Positions 30,827-40,808 of a DNA stretch of 64,000 nucleotides are shown piece by piece. Every line of letters starts with the position of its first letter. Within the stretch, counting starts at the first letter, position 1. Location: NCBI GenBank assembly GCA_016935665.1, contig JAFGQN010000073.1, positions 21,943-85,942 of the forward strand. Reading direction: 5' to 3'. This DNA is from Deltaproteobacteria bacterium (GTDB lineage: Bacteria; Myxococcota_A; Polyangia; JAAYKL01). The position numbers were made by a program, and so were the translations under genes. The notes under the pieces were generated by a model. That model did not search any database and was not told the origin of the DNA. It was given only the letters and a program-made list of their open reading frames with translations.

Positions 30827-31873
30827 ATGAGGTGTTTGATGCGATGGATGTTTATTTGTGCAGGACTGTTGTTGTTGTTGTTGTTGAACGTACAGGTGAA
30901 TGCACAGACGGACGAAACAACGGATTGCGATGACGGTTGCATTCCATTTTCCGAGGTAAAGGAGCTGCAGGGCGATGGGGCGGCGACTCGCTCTAAATGT
31001 GCACCCGGTTGTGTCGCCATTGAGGAGATCAAATCAAGACAGCCACATCCATCGAGCGATGAGAACGAAAATGCCGCGACTGTCGTGACTTCAGCCCCTC
31101 AGGAGAGTGGCGCCATTGAAAAAGAGGATACTGGCGCAGTGACTGGACCTTCTGAGCGGTTGGTGGATGGGCGTCTCTCACAGCTGGTGCTCCAGCCCAC
31201 TGCGCTGGGACTGAAAAAACGTCAGGTGGCCATCACTGGATTTGGCGCCGGATACTGGCAGGGCGAAATAGGGGTGACCGACCATTTTTCGGTTTCCGCT
31301 TACACCGTTGTGCCCGCGACCATTGCTGGTTTCGGTTTGAAAACAAAGATACATACCCGACTGGGCTCCAATGCGGCCATCTCTCTGTCCGCCATGGGAA
31401 TCATTGGCGGTCCATACATTGAGGGTGGCGGCATTTTTATGATTACCGAAGTGATTCAACCCACCTTTACGCTGGTTACCACCGACAAGAAGCATTTGCT
31501 GAATTTCTCCTTTGCCGCAGGAGGTATGCAGCTGTGTGCCAGACAACATTTGTTTTCCTCGGATTATGACGACGACTACAACGGATATGAGTGTGAGGGG
31601 TTGGGGATGCTGCTTATGGCGCCACGACTGGGATACCGAGCAGCGTTGCATCGGCGCGTGGCCCTTTCGCTGGAGTGGTTGATGCCCCTGATTTCCGAGG
31701 AAGGCGATGAAAATGGACATATCCATCTCATCAGTTACAGCGTACAGATTCATGGAGATCTGCTGTTTTCGGATTTAGGGTTTCTGCTGCCCATCTGGGA
31801 TGAAATAGCAGACGAAATTTTTCAGTTTTTTCCTATTGGTATCCCATATTTCACTATTGGATTTAAAATCTGA
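30827..31873 (+). CDS. Secreted/outer-membrane hypothetical protein
   Basis: Signal peptide; PTALGLKK followed by barrel-like strands; ends YFTIGFKI. Confidence 0.5.
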   Translation: MRCLMRWMFICAGLLLLLLLNVQVNAQTDETTDCDDGCIPFSEVKELQGDGAATRSKCAPGCVAIEEIKSRQPHPSSDENENAATVVTSAPQESGAIEKEDTGAVTGPSERLVDGRLSQLVLQPTALGLKKRQVAITGFGAGYWQGEIGVTDHFSVSAYTVVPATIAGFGLKTKIHTRLGSNAAISLSAMGIIGGPYIEGGGIFMITEVIQPTFTLVTTDKKHLLNFSFAAGGMQLCARQHLFSSDYDDDYNGYECEGLGMLLMAPRLGYRAALHRRVALSLEWLMPLISEEGDENGHIHLISYSVQIHGDLLFSDLGFLLPIWDEIADEIFQFFPIGIPYFTIGFKI

Positions 31874-31917
31874 ATCCGGGGCGAGGTTCGAACCCTTTCA
31901 GAATTGAGATAACAGCG

Positions 31918-32799
31918 CTACTCCAGCACAGGGGTGTAGGTGGAGATGCATTCGATACTGGTGGTGATGTGGAAATTGGATTCGTTGGTGTGGCGCTCTG
32001 CATGGAAGATATCCATGGTGTACTCTTCGCCGGTGGTGAGCCCCAACGCGTCCAGATTAATTTGTCCGCTGGTTTGGGGATGAAGGCCACCAAGGTCCAT
32101 GGCCAGTTTGCCGTCAATAAACATCCACAAATCGTCATCCCCGGTAAATGAGAAGGTCTCACCGCCGCGGTAGTTGAATTTCAAGTGAACTTCGGTGGTG
32201 AAGTGATAGTTATGACCGTTGCCTTGATCGCCAAACGTCTGATTTTCAGCATTCCCTTCAGGGAATTGATCCAGCGGATAGAATGCGTTGTTGCGATACT
32301 CGTACATGCCGTTGCCAATGCTCGATAACGGTATTTTCACCTGAAATTCACGGCTGACGTTCGGGATGGACTGATACCATTGGGCAAATGAATCCGCGCT
32401 GGTAATTTGCTGGCCATACTGTGTTCCCTCACCGGTGCCGGCAAAGACCGGCTTGCTGTCGGCGCCCAATGTCTGTGCGACCAGTCCTTCGGTTTGCGAG
32501 CTGCCGCCGTATACTTCGAAATCGGGATGCTCGGATTTGAAATCGCGAATGGTAGCGACTATTTCGTGGCCACATGTGTCCGTCTCTGAGTCCTGGATGA
32601 AGGATGAATCGCGGCTGCTGTCTGTGCCTGGCGTGTTGTCCGAGCCATTGATGTTGTCGGTATCGTTGCTGTCGGTGGATGTGGCCTGGCCGTCCGAGTT
32701 GGAAATATCATCCGAGCATCCAACCATTGCTGCCAGAATCACAACACCAATGGCACACGTCCATCCGGTTAAAAGGTATTTTTGTTCAATTTTAAGCAT
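31918..32799 (-). CDS. Fibro-slime (PA14-related) domain lipoprotein
   Basis: Lipobox MVGC; IRDFK..HPDFE, HNYHFTTE, FTGDDDLWMFIDGKLAMDLGGLH, FHAERHT..SNF. Confidence 0.9.
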   Translation of the reverse strand: MLKIEQKYLLTGWTCAIGVVILAAMVGCSDDISNSDGQATSTDSNDTDNINGSDNTPGTDSSRDSSFIQDSETDTCGHEIVATIRDFKSEHPDFEVYGGSSQTEGLVAQTLGADSKPVFAGTGEGTQYGQQITSADSFAQWYQSIPNVSREFQVKIPLSSIGNGMYEYRNNAFYPLDQFPEGNAENQTFGDQGNGHNYHFTTEVHLKFNYRGGETFSFTGDDDLWMFIDGKLAMDLGGLHPQTSGQINLDALGLTTGEEYTMDIFHAERHTNESNFHITTSIECISTYTPVLE

Positions 32800-33033
32800 G
32801 TATTGTTTTCTCCTGGTTCCTGATGGTTGTTCTGCGTCAATTCGAAGTGGCGCGCTTCCTGGATTTTCCATTATACCTGAATACTATCGATAAAGAAAAT
32901 GGTGAAAAAAAACTTTGAACCAGTATCGAAGTGCCCTTGTGTTTTCAGTCACAATTGGATTAGCGATTGATGTTGGACGGGATGCTTTCAATCAAAATTT
33001 TACTCTTTTAGTAAAGTTCAATACTCTTTGCCA

Positions 33034-34545
33034 ATGTCGATTCAAAATTCACGGCGTTTTTCACAGATTGTTTATGAGGCGTTCCATTTGCCAGGAACAG
33101 GAGCGTGGCGCTGGACAGAGGGAACCATCTGGTTTCTGATTGTTGTATCCAGCGTATTGATGTTGCTGGACTTTTTTTTGTGGGAAACACAACCTGACTG
33201 GCTTCGTATTCTCGACAAGGTGATTCTGGCGTTGTTTGCAATGGAACTGTTTTTAAGAATTCTCACGTATCGTTCCAGCACAACCGACGTTTTTTCCGGG
33301 GGACATCTGTGGCGAGCGCGAACGCATTTGTCAGATCGGTTGCTGTTCCTCATATCGCCTTTGCAACTGCTGGATTTGGTCGTGATTTTAACGTTTTTGC
33401 CTCAGCTGCGGGGACTGCGGATTTTGCGATTGCTGCGTCTGGCCAGAGGCCTGAGATTGTTCAGATATTCCGACCCGTTAAAAGATCTGGTGCGTACATT
33501 TGAAGAAAATTCACTGCTTTATGCGTTCACGTTTTTCTTTCTGACGGCAGTGGTCACCCTTGGGGGAATATCATTTTACCTGGTGGAATCCGGCGTCAAT
33601 CCGTCGGTGACGTCGGTGCAGGATGGCATATGGTGGGCTCTGGTGACCGTTACCACCGTGGGCTACGGCGATGTGACACCGGCGGTTCTGCCTCTGGGCC
33701 GTGTGATTGCGGGCGTGATTATGGTTCTGGGGATGTTTACACTGGCGCTGTTTGCCGGTATTGTCAGCAGCACGCTGCTTCGCGTGTTGATTAATTTGCG
33801 GGGAGATCAGTTTCGCATGTCCAATTACACCAATCATATTGTGGTTGTCGGCTACAATGACGCCTGCAATCTATTACTGGATGCGTTGCTCAAGGAAACC
33901 AGTTCCGCTCAAAATGAGCTGCTGATTTTTGCTGAGGGCGAACGCCCCAGGGAGTTGTCGCCGGACTTTATCTGGGTCAGCGGCAATCCAGGGCGAGAAA
34001 GCGAACTGGACAAGGTGCGGTTGTCTCACGCCAAAACCGCAATAGTCGTGGGCGCCCGTCACATGGCGCCGTCGCAGGCGGATGCCACCACTATCATGAC
34101 CGTGTTCACCATCCGTTCGTACATGGCGAAACAGTCCATGACAGAAAAACGTAAAACGCCCATTTACATCGTTGCGGAAATACTGGACCCGGAAAATGTG
34201 GCGCATGCCACCACGGCAGGCGCAGACGAAGTGATTGAAACCACCCGATTGGGTTTTTCAATGATGGCCCATGCCGCCCTGGTGCCTGGCAGCGGCACGA
34301 TTATGTCCAATGTGGCTTCGGCCGGCGCCCACAGTTTGTATATTACTCCCAATCCGGAACAGAGCGAGATGACGTTTGATGCATTGGCAGATAAACTTCA
34401 CCGGCAATTTGGCATCATATTGCTGGGATTGCGCAACCCCCAAAATGCGAAAGTGAGAATGGATCCCGGCGATGATACCCCTGTCCCAACCAACGTGGAG
34501 CTGGTATATCTGTCCAGGACCCCAATCCCGTCAGACGCGGCATAA
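33034..34545 (+). CDS. 6TM potassium channel with an S4 voltage-sensor segment and a C-terminal RCK/TrkA-N domain
   Basis: LRGLRILRLLRLARGLRLFR; selectivity filter TTVGYGD; NHIVVVGY...IVAEILD...AGADEVI. Confidence 0.9.
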   Translation: MSIQNSRRFSQIVYEAFHLPGTGAWRWTEGTIWFLIVVSSVLMLLDFFLWETQPDWLRILDKVILALFAMELFLRILTYRSSTTDVFSGGHLWRARTHLSDRLLFLISPLQLLDLVVILTFLPQLRGLRILRLLRLARGLRLFRYSDPLKDLVRTFEENSLLYAFTFFFLTAVVTLGGISFYLVESGVNPSVTSVQDGIWWALVTVTTVGYGDVTPAVLPLGRVIAGVIMVLGMFTLALFAGIVSSTLLRVLINLRGDQFRMSNYTNHIVVVGYNDACNLLLDALLKETSSAQNELLIFAEGERPRELSPDFIWVSGNPGRESELDKVRLSHAKTAIVVGARHMAPSQADATTIMTVFTIRSYMAKQSMTEKRKTPIYIVAEILDPENVAHATTAGADEVIETTRLGFSMMAHAALVPGSGTIMSNVASAGAHSLYITPNPEQSEMTFDALADKLHRQFGIILLGLRNPQNAKVRMDPGDDTPVPTNVELVYLSRTPIPSDAA

Positions 34546-34578
34546 ATGCGATTTTTTGAGCGTGATTGAAATCCGGAT

Positions 34579-35193
34579 GTGTTTAAAAAGATGAGAGCAC
34601 GAATGAAGAAGATTCAAATGATACAGATATTGGCCATCATCGCGTTGATGTGGGTGGCCTGTGATAACTGTGAAAAAAAAGAGGTGGCCGCCTTGCTGAT
34701 GCCGTCGGGCAATGAGGATTCGCTGGTCGCCACATCGGTCACCTGGCACGAGATACCATCGGGAATCAGTTGTCTGGACAGCCGGTTTTTTGAAATATCC
34801 AACACATGGCCAAAAGCGGAAGTGGTCGCGGACCTGCGGGCCATGAGCGGTCATTCAATCTACAACGGTTTCAAGGCAGGCGCGCTCATCATTCGAAGTG
34901 AGGCCGCGTTCAACGGCATACGGGATTTGGGATGCCTCGAAGGACTGGACCCATTTTTGAATATTGACTGGATAACGCAAACACTGATTGTCACCCACGT
35001 TCAAAGCGATGCAGGCTGCCTTGAGTCAACAGACATCGCCATGCAGCAAAATGAGAGAGCCCAGGCGAGATTGACCGTTACTGTGACGTATTCCCCGGAC
35101 GGTGGCTGTACATTCGATTTCCCCCGGTCTTTCGTGGTGGATACGGCATCCGTGGCCGCCAGAGTGTCCATCGTTGCCGGATGTGGTGAATAG
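34579..35193 (+). CDS. Hypothetical lipoprotein
   Basis: Lipobox-like WVAC after a hydrophobic stretch; start codon uncertain. Confidence 0.5.
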   Translation: MFKKMRARMKKIQMIQILAIIALMWVACDNCEKKEVAALLMPSGNEDSLVATSVTWHEIPSGISCLDSRFFEISNTWPKAEVVADLRAMSGHSIYNGFKAGALIIRSEAAFNGIRDLGCLEGLDPFLNIDWITQTLIVTHVQSDAGCLESTDIAMQQNERAQARLTVTVTYSPDGGCTFDFPRSFVVDTASVAARVSIVAGCGE

Positions 35194-35400
35194 ACCGACG
35201 CAAATTTTCTGTTGATCCAGCCGACTCTCGTCGTTCAACAGCGCCATTTGACATTTCTTACTATCCAACGGGTCGCTCCAGAGGATGGGATTTCCATGTT
35301 TTTGCCAAACATTACACCTGTTTTTAATGGTGACGGATACACTGCTGGGTGGAGACGCGCATTTTATAATTTTTAAAAAAAACCAGGAGACACATTAAAA

Positions 35401-36525
35401 ATGAAAAATCTACTCAAATTGTTATTTCTATTCGCTTTTTTATGTTCGTGTTCCACTTCTGAATCCGGCGACGGGACGGAAACGGACAATTCTGATTTGC
35501 TATCTGGCAATTCGGATGCCGATTCCGATACGGATAGCGATGGAGATACGGACACGGATGGAGATACGGACACGGATGGAGATACGGACACGGATGGAGA
35601 CACGGACACGGATGGAGACACGGACACGGATGGGGATACCGACACGGATGGGGATACCGACACGGACGGAGATACCGACACGGATGGGGATACCGACACG
35701 GACGGGGATACGGACACGGATGGGGACACCGACACCGATACGGACGGCGATGATGTGAAGGTTTTCCTTGCAGGGGATGACGTCAATTCGAATGGACCTT
35801 TGGAAACTGTTGTTGAAGAAAACATTAATTTCAGCGGCGGTGGCAATATTCTTGTTCGACCTAAAACGCTCACCGACGAACCAAACACGAAGCATCCGGT
35901 TGCTATCTGGGGACCCGGCGGCGGTACGCCACCAGGCGATTATTTGCAGCTTTTAACCCGCATGGCCTCTCAGGGGTTTGTCGTTGTGGGCATTCGAGAG
36001 TCAAGCGGTGGCGCCGAGCTGATGTCCGCGGCCATTGACTGGTTGGAAGAGCAAAATGGCGATTCGAACAGCCCAATGTATGACAAGCTCATTCTGAATC
36101 GTGTTGGTGTTTTCGGCCATTCCATGGGTGGTCTTTCTTCTGAAGCAACGGCTCTGGTGGATAGTCGTGTGACGACAGCGCTTTTGGACAACAGCGGCGC
36201 CTTCGACCATGATCAATTGGTAAATATGAAAGTTCCTGCAGGTATCATTTATGGTGAAGACGGTATGGAAAGACCAAATGCCGAAGGTGATTACAATAAT
36301 GCGGGAAACAAGGGACCATGCTGGCTGGGAATGATGGCGGGAGGCGGCCATGGCTCTGGCCCCTGGGACGGTGCCGCTGCAAACGTGGCCTGGATGCGCT
36401 GGCACATTGGCGGCGAAAATGCCCGTAAAGATGCGTTCCTTGGGCAAGGTGGCGCATACAATAATACGGGCATTTGGACCACCAAATCGAAGAATTGGGA
36501 CGGTTGGAAAAACTGGAACGAATAG
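35401..36525 (+). CDS. Lipoprotein with a DGDTDT-repeat stalk and a cutinase/PETase/chlorophyllase-like alpha/beta hydrolase domain
   Basis: Lipobox LCSC; HPVAIWGPG, RMASQGFVVV, AAIDWL..N....SP.Y.KL...RVGVFGHSMGG, GGGHG. Confidence 0.78.
   Translation: MKNLLKLLFLFAFLCSCSTSESGDGTETDNSDLLSGNSDADSDTDSDGDTDTDGDTDTDGDTDTDGDTDTDGDTDTDGDTDTDGDTDTDGDTDTDGDTDTDGDTDTDGDTDTDTDGDDVKVFLAGDDVNSNGPLETVVEENINFSGGGNILVRPKTLTDEPNTKHPVAIWGPGGGTPPGDYLQLLTRMASQGFVVVGIRESSGGAELMSAAIDWLEEQNGDSNSPMYDKLILNRVGVFGHSMGGLSSEATALVDSRVTTALLDNSGAFDHDQLVNMKVPAGIIYGEDGMERPNAEGDYNNAGNKGPCWLGMMAGGGHGSGPWDGAAANVAWMRWHIGGENARKDAFLGQGGAYNNTGIWTTKSKNWDGWKNWNE
35539..35736 (+). repeat. 11 x 18-bp coding tandem repeat (DGDTDT)
   Basis: Units of GAYGGRGAYACSGACACS counted directly; variation is synonymous only. 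Confidence 0.95.
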
Positions 36526-36759
36526 TATTGGAGATGGACACATGGAAATGTGTCTTACCTGCCGTTAGTTCGTTCACTCCCTGGACGAAATTTTTTCGAA
36601 AATCCCCGATAAATTCAGGTCGCCGCAGATAATCCGTGCGTATCAAAGGGATAATGTGCCAATAGCCACTACTCATAAGCGTTGTACTGGGGCTTCTGAT
36701 TTTGCAGCGTCGGTGTCCCGGAGTATATTCAAAAAAGCAATTCTCTATCAGGAGGGGGC

Positions 36760-37128
36760 ATGGACAGCAAAGTGAATGTGAGGTGGACAACCATTGGCAG
36801 GCACGAGTGTCTGCGTTTTGGGTTTAGCGAAAATCTGACTGAAGGGTCCGCCATGGATGCCATCATGCGTTGGGACAAGGCTTTCGGGGAACGTCCAGGA
36901 GAAAAAAAAACGTTGATATGGGCCGCGCAGGATATGAAAGCATACGAAAGTGGCGCCCGGACGCTCTGGACCAACGCTCTTAGACACATGAAAAATCAAA
37001 TCGATCAGATCTGGCTGGTAACCACGTCAAACGTGGTATCGATGGGAGCATCGCTAATGAGCGTCGTTATTGGCATCCCAATAAAAACTGTTAAATCCGA
37101 ACAGCAGTTGTATCAAAAGCTCCAGTAA
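36760..37128 (+). CDS. Hypothetical protein
   Basis: Strong AGGAGG RBS; 122 aa, alpha/beta-like. Confidence 0.55.
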   Translation: MDSKVNVRWTTIGRHECLRFGFSENLTEGSAMDAIMRWDKAFGERPGEKKTLIWAAQDMKAYESGARTLWTNALRHMKNQIDQIWLVTTSNVVSMGASLMSVVIGIPIKTVKSEQQLYQKLQ

Positions 37129-37233
37129 CACAACGATAACATGTCGTGTCACAATTTGAGTCTCGGAGTATCGATAGCAGTAAGGAATTGAATTCTTTCA
37201 TTAATTTTTAAATACGCTAAATAAGTTTGCGCT

Positions 37234-38028
37234 TCATCGACGCAATCCGGCGGTCCCTTCCAGCAGCATTCCCCTGATGCGTTGGACTTTGTCCCGTGCC
37301 ACAGGCACACGGAGCGCACTGCCTGTTTCGTCGTGAGAGTCACCCACTCGGAGTGTCCATCCCAGTTCATCTTTTTCCATCGCCAGAATGTGTGCAGTAC
37401 TGACCACCCAATTTCGATGCACACGGAGCCCTGTTAGCCCCATCGCCGACTCCATGACTGCAAGGGACACGTCAATGTCAAAACGGCCAGCTGCACTATG
37501 AACAAACGCCAGTCGTTCCGATGCCTCGAACGCCCATACCTCGTGAGGCGGAAGGAAAACCAGGCCATTTCGATTTCTGGCCACCACGCGAGAGGGGACG
37601 GGATTGGCAGCAGAGGGGCGTCGGCGTGTAATCCGTGACAGACATTCCGCCACCCGTCTTTCGGTAAATGGCTTTAAAAGATAATCCGCCACATCCAAAT
37701 CAAACGCCTCCATGGCATGCTGTTTATACGCTGTGGCCAACACAAACAGCGGCGCTCTGTCATGCCGCGAAAAATCACGCACGATGGCCAGACCGGCGTC
37801 TTTGCATCCGGATGACGCGAGACTAATATCCACAAAAGCGACATCCAGATGAAGCTCACCGTTTTCCAACGCCTGCCGTGCCTCGCTCTCGGTTGCCACC
37901 GCTGCAACCACCTGGGCCTGCCCCGTGGAATGAAGCAGTTCCACCAGATATGCTCGGGCGGGGCGTTCGTCTTCCACCACCAGCGCCCGAACCGGTGTTT
38001 CAAATGGCCATGATTCCTTGGTTGTCAT
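37234..38028 (-). CDS. LytTR family response regulator
   Basis: LVVEDERPAR, FVDI, ATAY..HA.EAFD....DYLLKP, LRVHRNWVV, VPVARD. Confidence 0.92.
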   Translation of the reverse strand: MTTKESWPFETPVRALVVEDERPARAYLVELLHSTGQAQVVAAVATESEARQALENGELHLDVAFVDISLASSGCKDAGLAIVRDFSRHDRAPLFVLATAYKQHAMEAFDLDVADYLLKPFTERRVAECLSRITRRRPSAANPVPSRVVARNRNGLVFLPPHEVWAFEASERLAFVHSAAGRFDIDVSLAVMESAMGLTGLRVHRNWVVSTAHILAMEKDELGWTLRVGDSHDETGSALRVPVARDKVQRIRGMLLEGTAGLRR

Positions 38029-39020
38029 GTCAATGCTCCAGGAATTACCAGCGACACTCTGCAACCCGGTTTGGCAGCATGAATGGTCATTGACGCTCCA
38101 GGAAAGGTATGGACCAATCGCTCACGCACCAGTTTCAGTCCAACGCCTTCGCTGGCCAATGGGTTCATCCCCGGGCCATTGTCAGAAATATCCATATGAA
38201 TATCCCTGCCATCCACGCCTGCGCAAATGCGCACAACACCGGGAGAATCACGCCGCAGGGCACCGTGTTCAATGGCATTCTCCACCAGTGGTTGCAACAG
38301 CATTCTGGGTACCATCGCCGACGTGGATGCATCATCCACATCCCACTTAAATGCAATCCGCTCGGCATATCGTGCCTCTATGATTTCAACATAGCGTTCG
38401 AGCCACGCCATTTCGCTTTGCAAAGAGACCATTTCACTGCTGTCTTCAAGAGAATCTCTAAGAAGGTCGCCTAACGCAGCCAACACATTTCGAGCCTTCT
38501 TTGCATCGGCAGTGGTCAGTCCTGCCACTGTATTTAGAGTATTCAGCAGAAAATGAGGATGAAGATTCGACCGAAGTTGCGCCAGTTCCGCCTTTGCTCT
38601 CGCACTTTCCGCCACAAGCACACGCTCCCGTTCGTCATCCAGTTTTTTGGGGAAATAGAAGACCAGCATCCAGCAGCCCAATACGATCAGACCCGTAATA
38701 CCGTACCAAAACCAGACCAGCTCCGGAGATTTCACGCTAACAGGCACATGCAGCCTTACAACGAGCCATCCCCAGACCATACTAAACAGCACAGCCACAA
38801 ACAGTGCGTTTTTTCCCATCCATCCGCGTCGTTCAACAACCGCATATCCGACAAAAAGAATGAATGCCTGCAGCACAATTGCCATCGACGCCCATATGGA
38901 GGGCTGCAGTGGATTGTCTTTTTCTATGAAATCGTGTGCAACGTGGGCAACACACAAAAACAACACCGCCCCTCCACCTCGGAGATAGTGTTTCACAGCA
39001 CTGCCGGACTTTATATTCAT
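38025..39020 (-). CDS. LytS/AlgZ-type sensor histidine kinase
   Basis: TM helices; LRSNLHPHFLLNTLN, LQPLVENAIEHG, DNGPG, GVGL; start codon uncertain. Confidence 0.9.
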   Translation of the reverse strand: MNIKSGSAVKHYLRGGGAVLFLCVAHVAHDFIEKDNPLQPSIWASMAIVLQAFILFVGYAVVERRGWMGKNALFVAVLFSMVWGWLVVRLHVPVSVKSPELVWFWYGITGLIVLGCWMLVFYFPKKLDDERERVLVAESARAKAELAQLRSNLHPHFLLNTLNTVAGLTTADAKKARNVLAALGDLLRDSLEDSSEMVSLQSEMAWLERYVEIIEARYAERIAFKWDVDDASTSAMVPRMLLQPLVENAIEHGALRRDSPGVVRICAGVDGRDIHMDISDNGPGMNPLASEGVGLKLVRERLVHTFPGASMTIHAAKPGCRVSLVIPGALT

Positions 39021-39383
39021 GGCGCATTCATACCATGTCAACGGCCATCTCGAAATGGTGAATTGTGTTTCTGACGCAGGGGCAAATCGTTTTTGTTTTT
39101 TCCCATGCCTTTCGCCCCATCCGGGGCAACCGAGAAGCTGCCTGCCCAAAGCACGCACCAATACAGCGAATCCCTTGTTAAAATATTTGGCCCCCGCCCC
39201 TGTTTTCTTTTTAATCATATGCCAAAACCCCCGCGAAATAATCCATACAAAAGCAACTGTTTTCGTTTTTTACCCGCAGGATAAATATATCCTTAATAGT
39301 GGCCCGCATTAGACGTTTCAGACCGACATGTTCTCTACGGATACCAGCACCCCCCATTGCCCTACGAACCGGTTTCAAGACAT

Positions 39384-39413
39384 CGGTTCGTGGGCAGTAA
39401 AGCACGGTCGGTG
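39384..39413 (+). promoter_or_regulatory. Possible LytTR binding site (9-bp direct repeat, 12-bp spacer)
   Basis: CGGTTCGTG-N12-CGGTCGGTG, in the region between the kinase and the divergent 39517 gene. Confidence 0.4.
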
Positions 39414-39516
39414 AAACAGTGGATACCAACCGTCTGACATGTCGAACAATTCCTTTTTTCTAAAATACAATGCAATATAAAGCAGATATTCACAGTTCAG
39501 GGAAAGGCGCTTTTAC

Positions 39517-40602
39517 ATGATATATCCTCACATGCCAGCCTGGGTTATTAACCTTTCATGGTTCGCGCTTGTATTCCTCGCACTTTTCTCATCCCGGATT
39601 CACGCATCTCAACCCCATGAAAAAGACATGCAGGGTATACCTCGCTATGGGCAGCCTGTTGCATTTGGCGAATATGTACATCCTCCCGCCACACGGCTTA
39701 TCTTAAAACATTTGACAGCCGTTCGTTACAATCCACTCGGTGTGGTTGATGTCATTCATTTTGGCGTTCAAAGGGTTCTGTTTCGCAAAGAGCATCCGGT
39801 TACTCGCAGCAATTACGTATACTCCGGCGTTCGTTTGAAAATTACGCCCACATCCCTCAAACCGGGCGTCGTCCTGGAGTTGGCGCCCCTCAGCGTTTTA
39901 ACAATACAAACCAGTGCGCAATGGATGCAGTATTTTCATACCTTCAATTCGTTTCAATCGTTTGCTTCAGCCAAAGATGACTATGCCGACAAAACACTGT
40001 CGGAACGCGCCGACGAGGAACGCAGCTATGCCACCAGTGGCCTTTCAGCCGATGTGAGCCCCATACTGCAATTCCGAGTGCCAATCGGTAAAAAGAATAA
40101 CCAGGGAAGCCCGCGCTTTTTTATCGCCATTCGCAATCAATTATGCATGGCCTATCACCGCATGAACACCAAAGACGCCTCCTTTCAAAATGGACGCAAA
40201 GATCCTGTGTGGTACAGTAACGAGCTGGACACACTGGCGTCCACAAATGGCTGGACCCTGCAAAATCGACTCGATGTGATACTGATGACCCGAATCCGAC
40301 TCAATGTCGGTGTGCACTACGAAGCGGTGCGGCCCATTTACAGAAATACCGATTTTCGAACGGCTAAAGAGGCTGATTCATACCGCAACGAAAACAGCCA
40401 TCACCGTCTGGGGCCCCTCATTGCGTATCGTTTTTTTGACCGCGCCTATACCCGCTTCAACCGCCCAACACTCATCTTTTCCGCCCACTGGTACCTGTCC
40501 CATCGCTGGAGACACGGCGCCGAAATTCCAACCGCGCTTCCTTACATGCTTCTGGCCTTCTCTTTCCAATCAGACTTTCTCCATGGGCCGCAAAAAAACT
40601 GA
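39517..40602 (+). CDS. Secreted/outer-membrane hypothetical protein
   Basis: Signal peptide; aromatic-rich beta strands; divergent from the LytS/LytTR pair. Confidence 0.55.
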   Translation: MIYPHMPAWVINLSWFALVFLALFSSRIHASQPHEKDMQGIPRYGQPVAFGEYVHPPATRLILKHLTAVRYNPLGVVDVIHFGVQRVLFRKEHPVTRSNYVYSGVRLKITPTSLKPGVVLELAPLSVLTIQTSAQWMQYFHTFNSFQSFASAKDDYADKTLSERADEERSYATSGLSADVSPILQFRVPIGKKNNQGSPRFFIAIRNQLCMAYHRMNTKDASFQNGRKDPVWYSNELDTLASTNGWTLQNRLDVILMTRIRLNVGVHYEAVRPIYRNTDFRTAKEADSYRNENSHHRLGPLIAYRFFDRAYTRFNRPTLIFSAHWYLSHRWRHGAEIPTALPYMLLAFSFQSDFLHGPQKN

Positions 40603-40808
40603 CCCCTGGGATGGCTGCCCAATTTCGTATACCCAATGCCATCTCATAACCACGATAAAATATGCGGATATTCGACGCGCGCCTGAAATAGGGGTGTTCA
40701 ATCGGCTATTGGGAGAGTGTCAGCAATTTTTTCATCCAATTTTACCGCCATCGTTTTGCCGCTATATTAAGTGTTTCGCAATTTTCATCGTTTTTGGGAG
40801 GCTTATCC

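Noticed and set aside
31875..31910. GGTTCGAACCC resembling a tRNA T-arm
   Set aside because: No cloverleaf around it; more likely a hairpin between convergent genes.
35539..35736. Regular short repeats that could be mistaken for a CRISPR array
   Set aside because: They are contiguous 18-bp units with no spacers, in frame within a lipoprotein, with synonymous variation only, and there are no cas genes.
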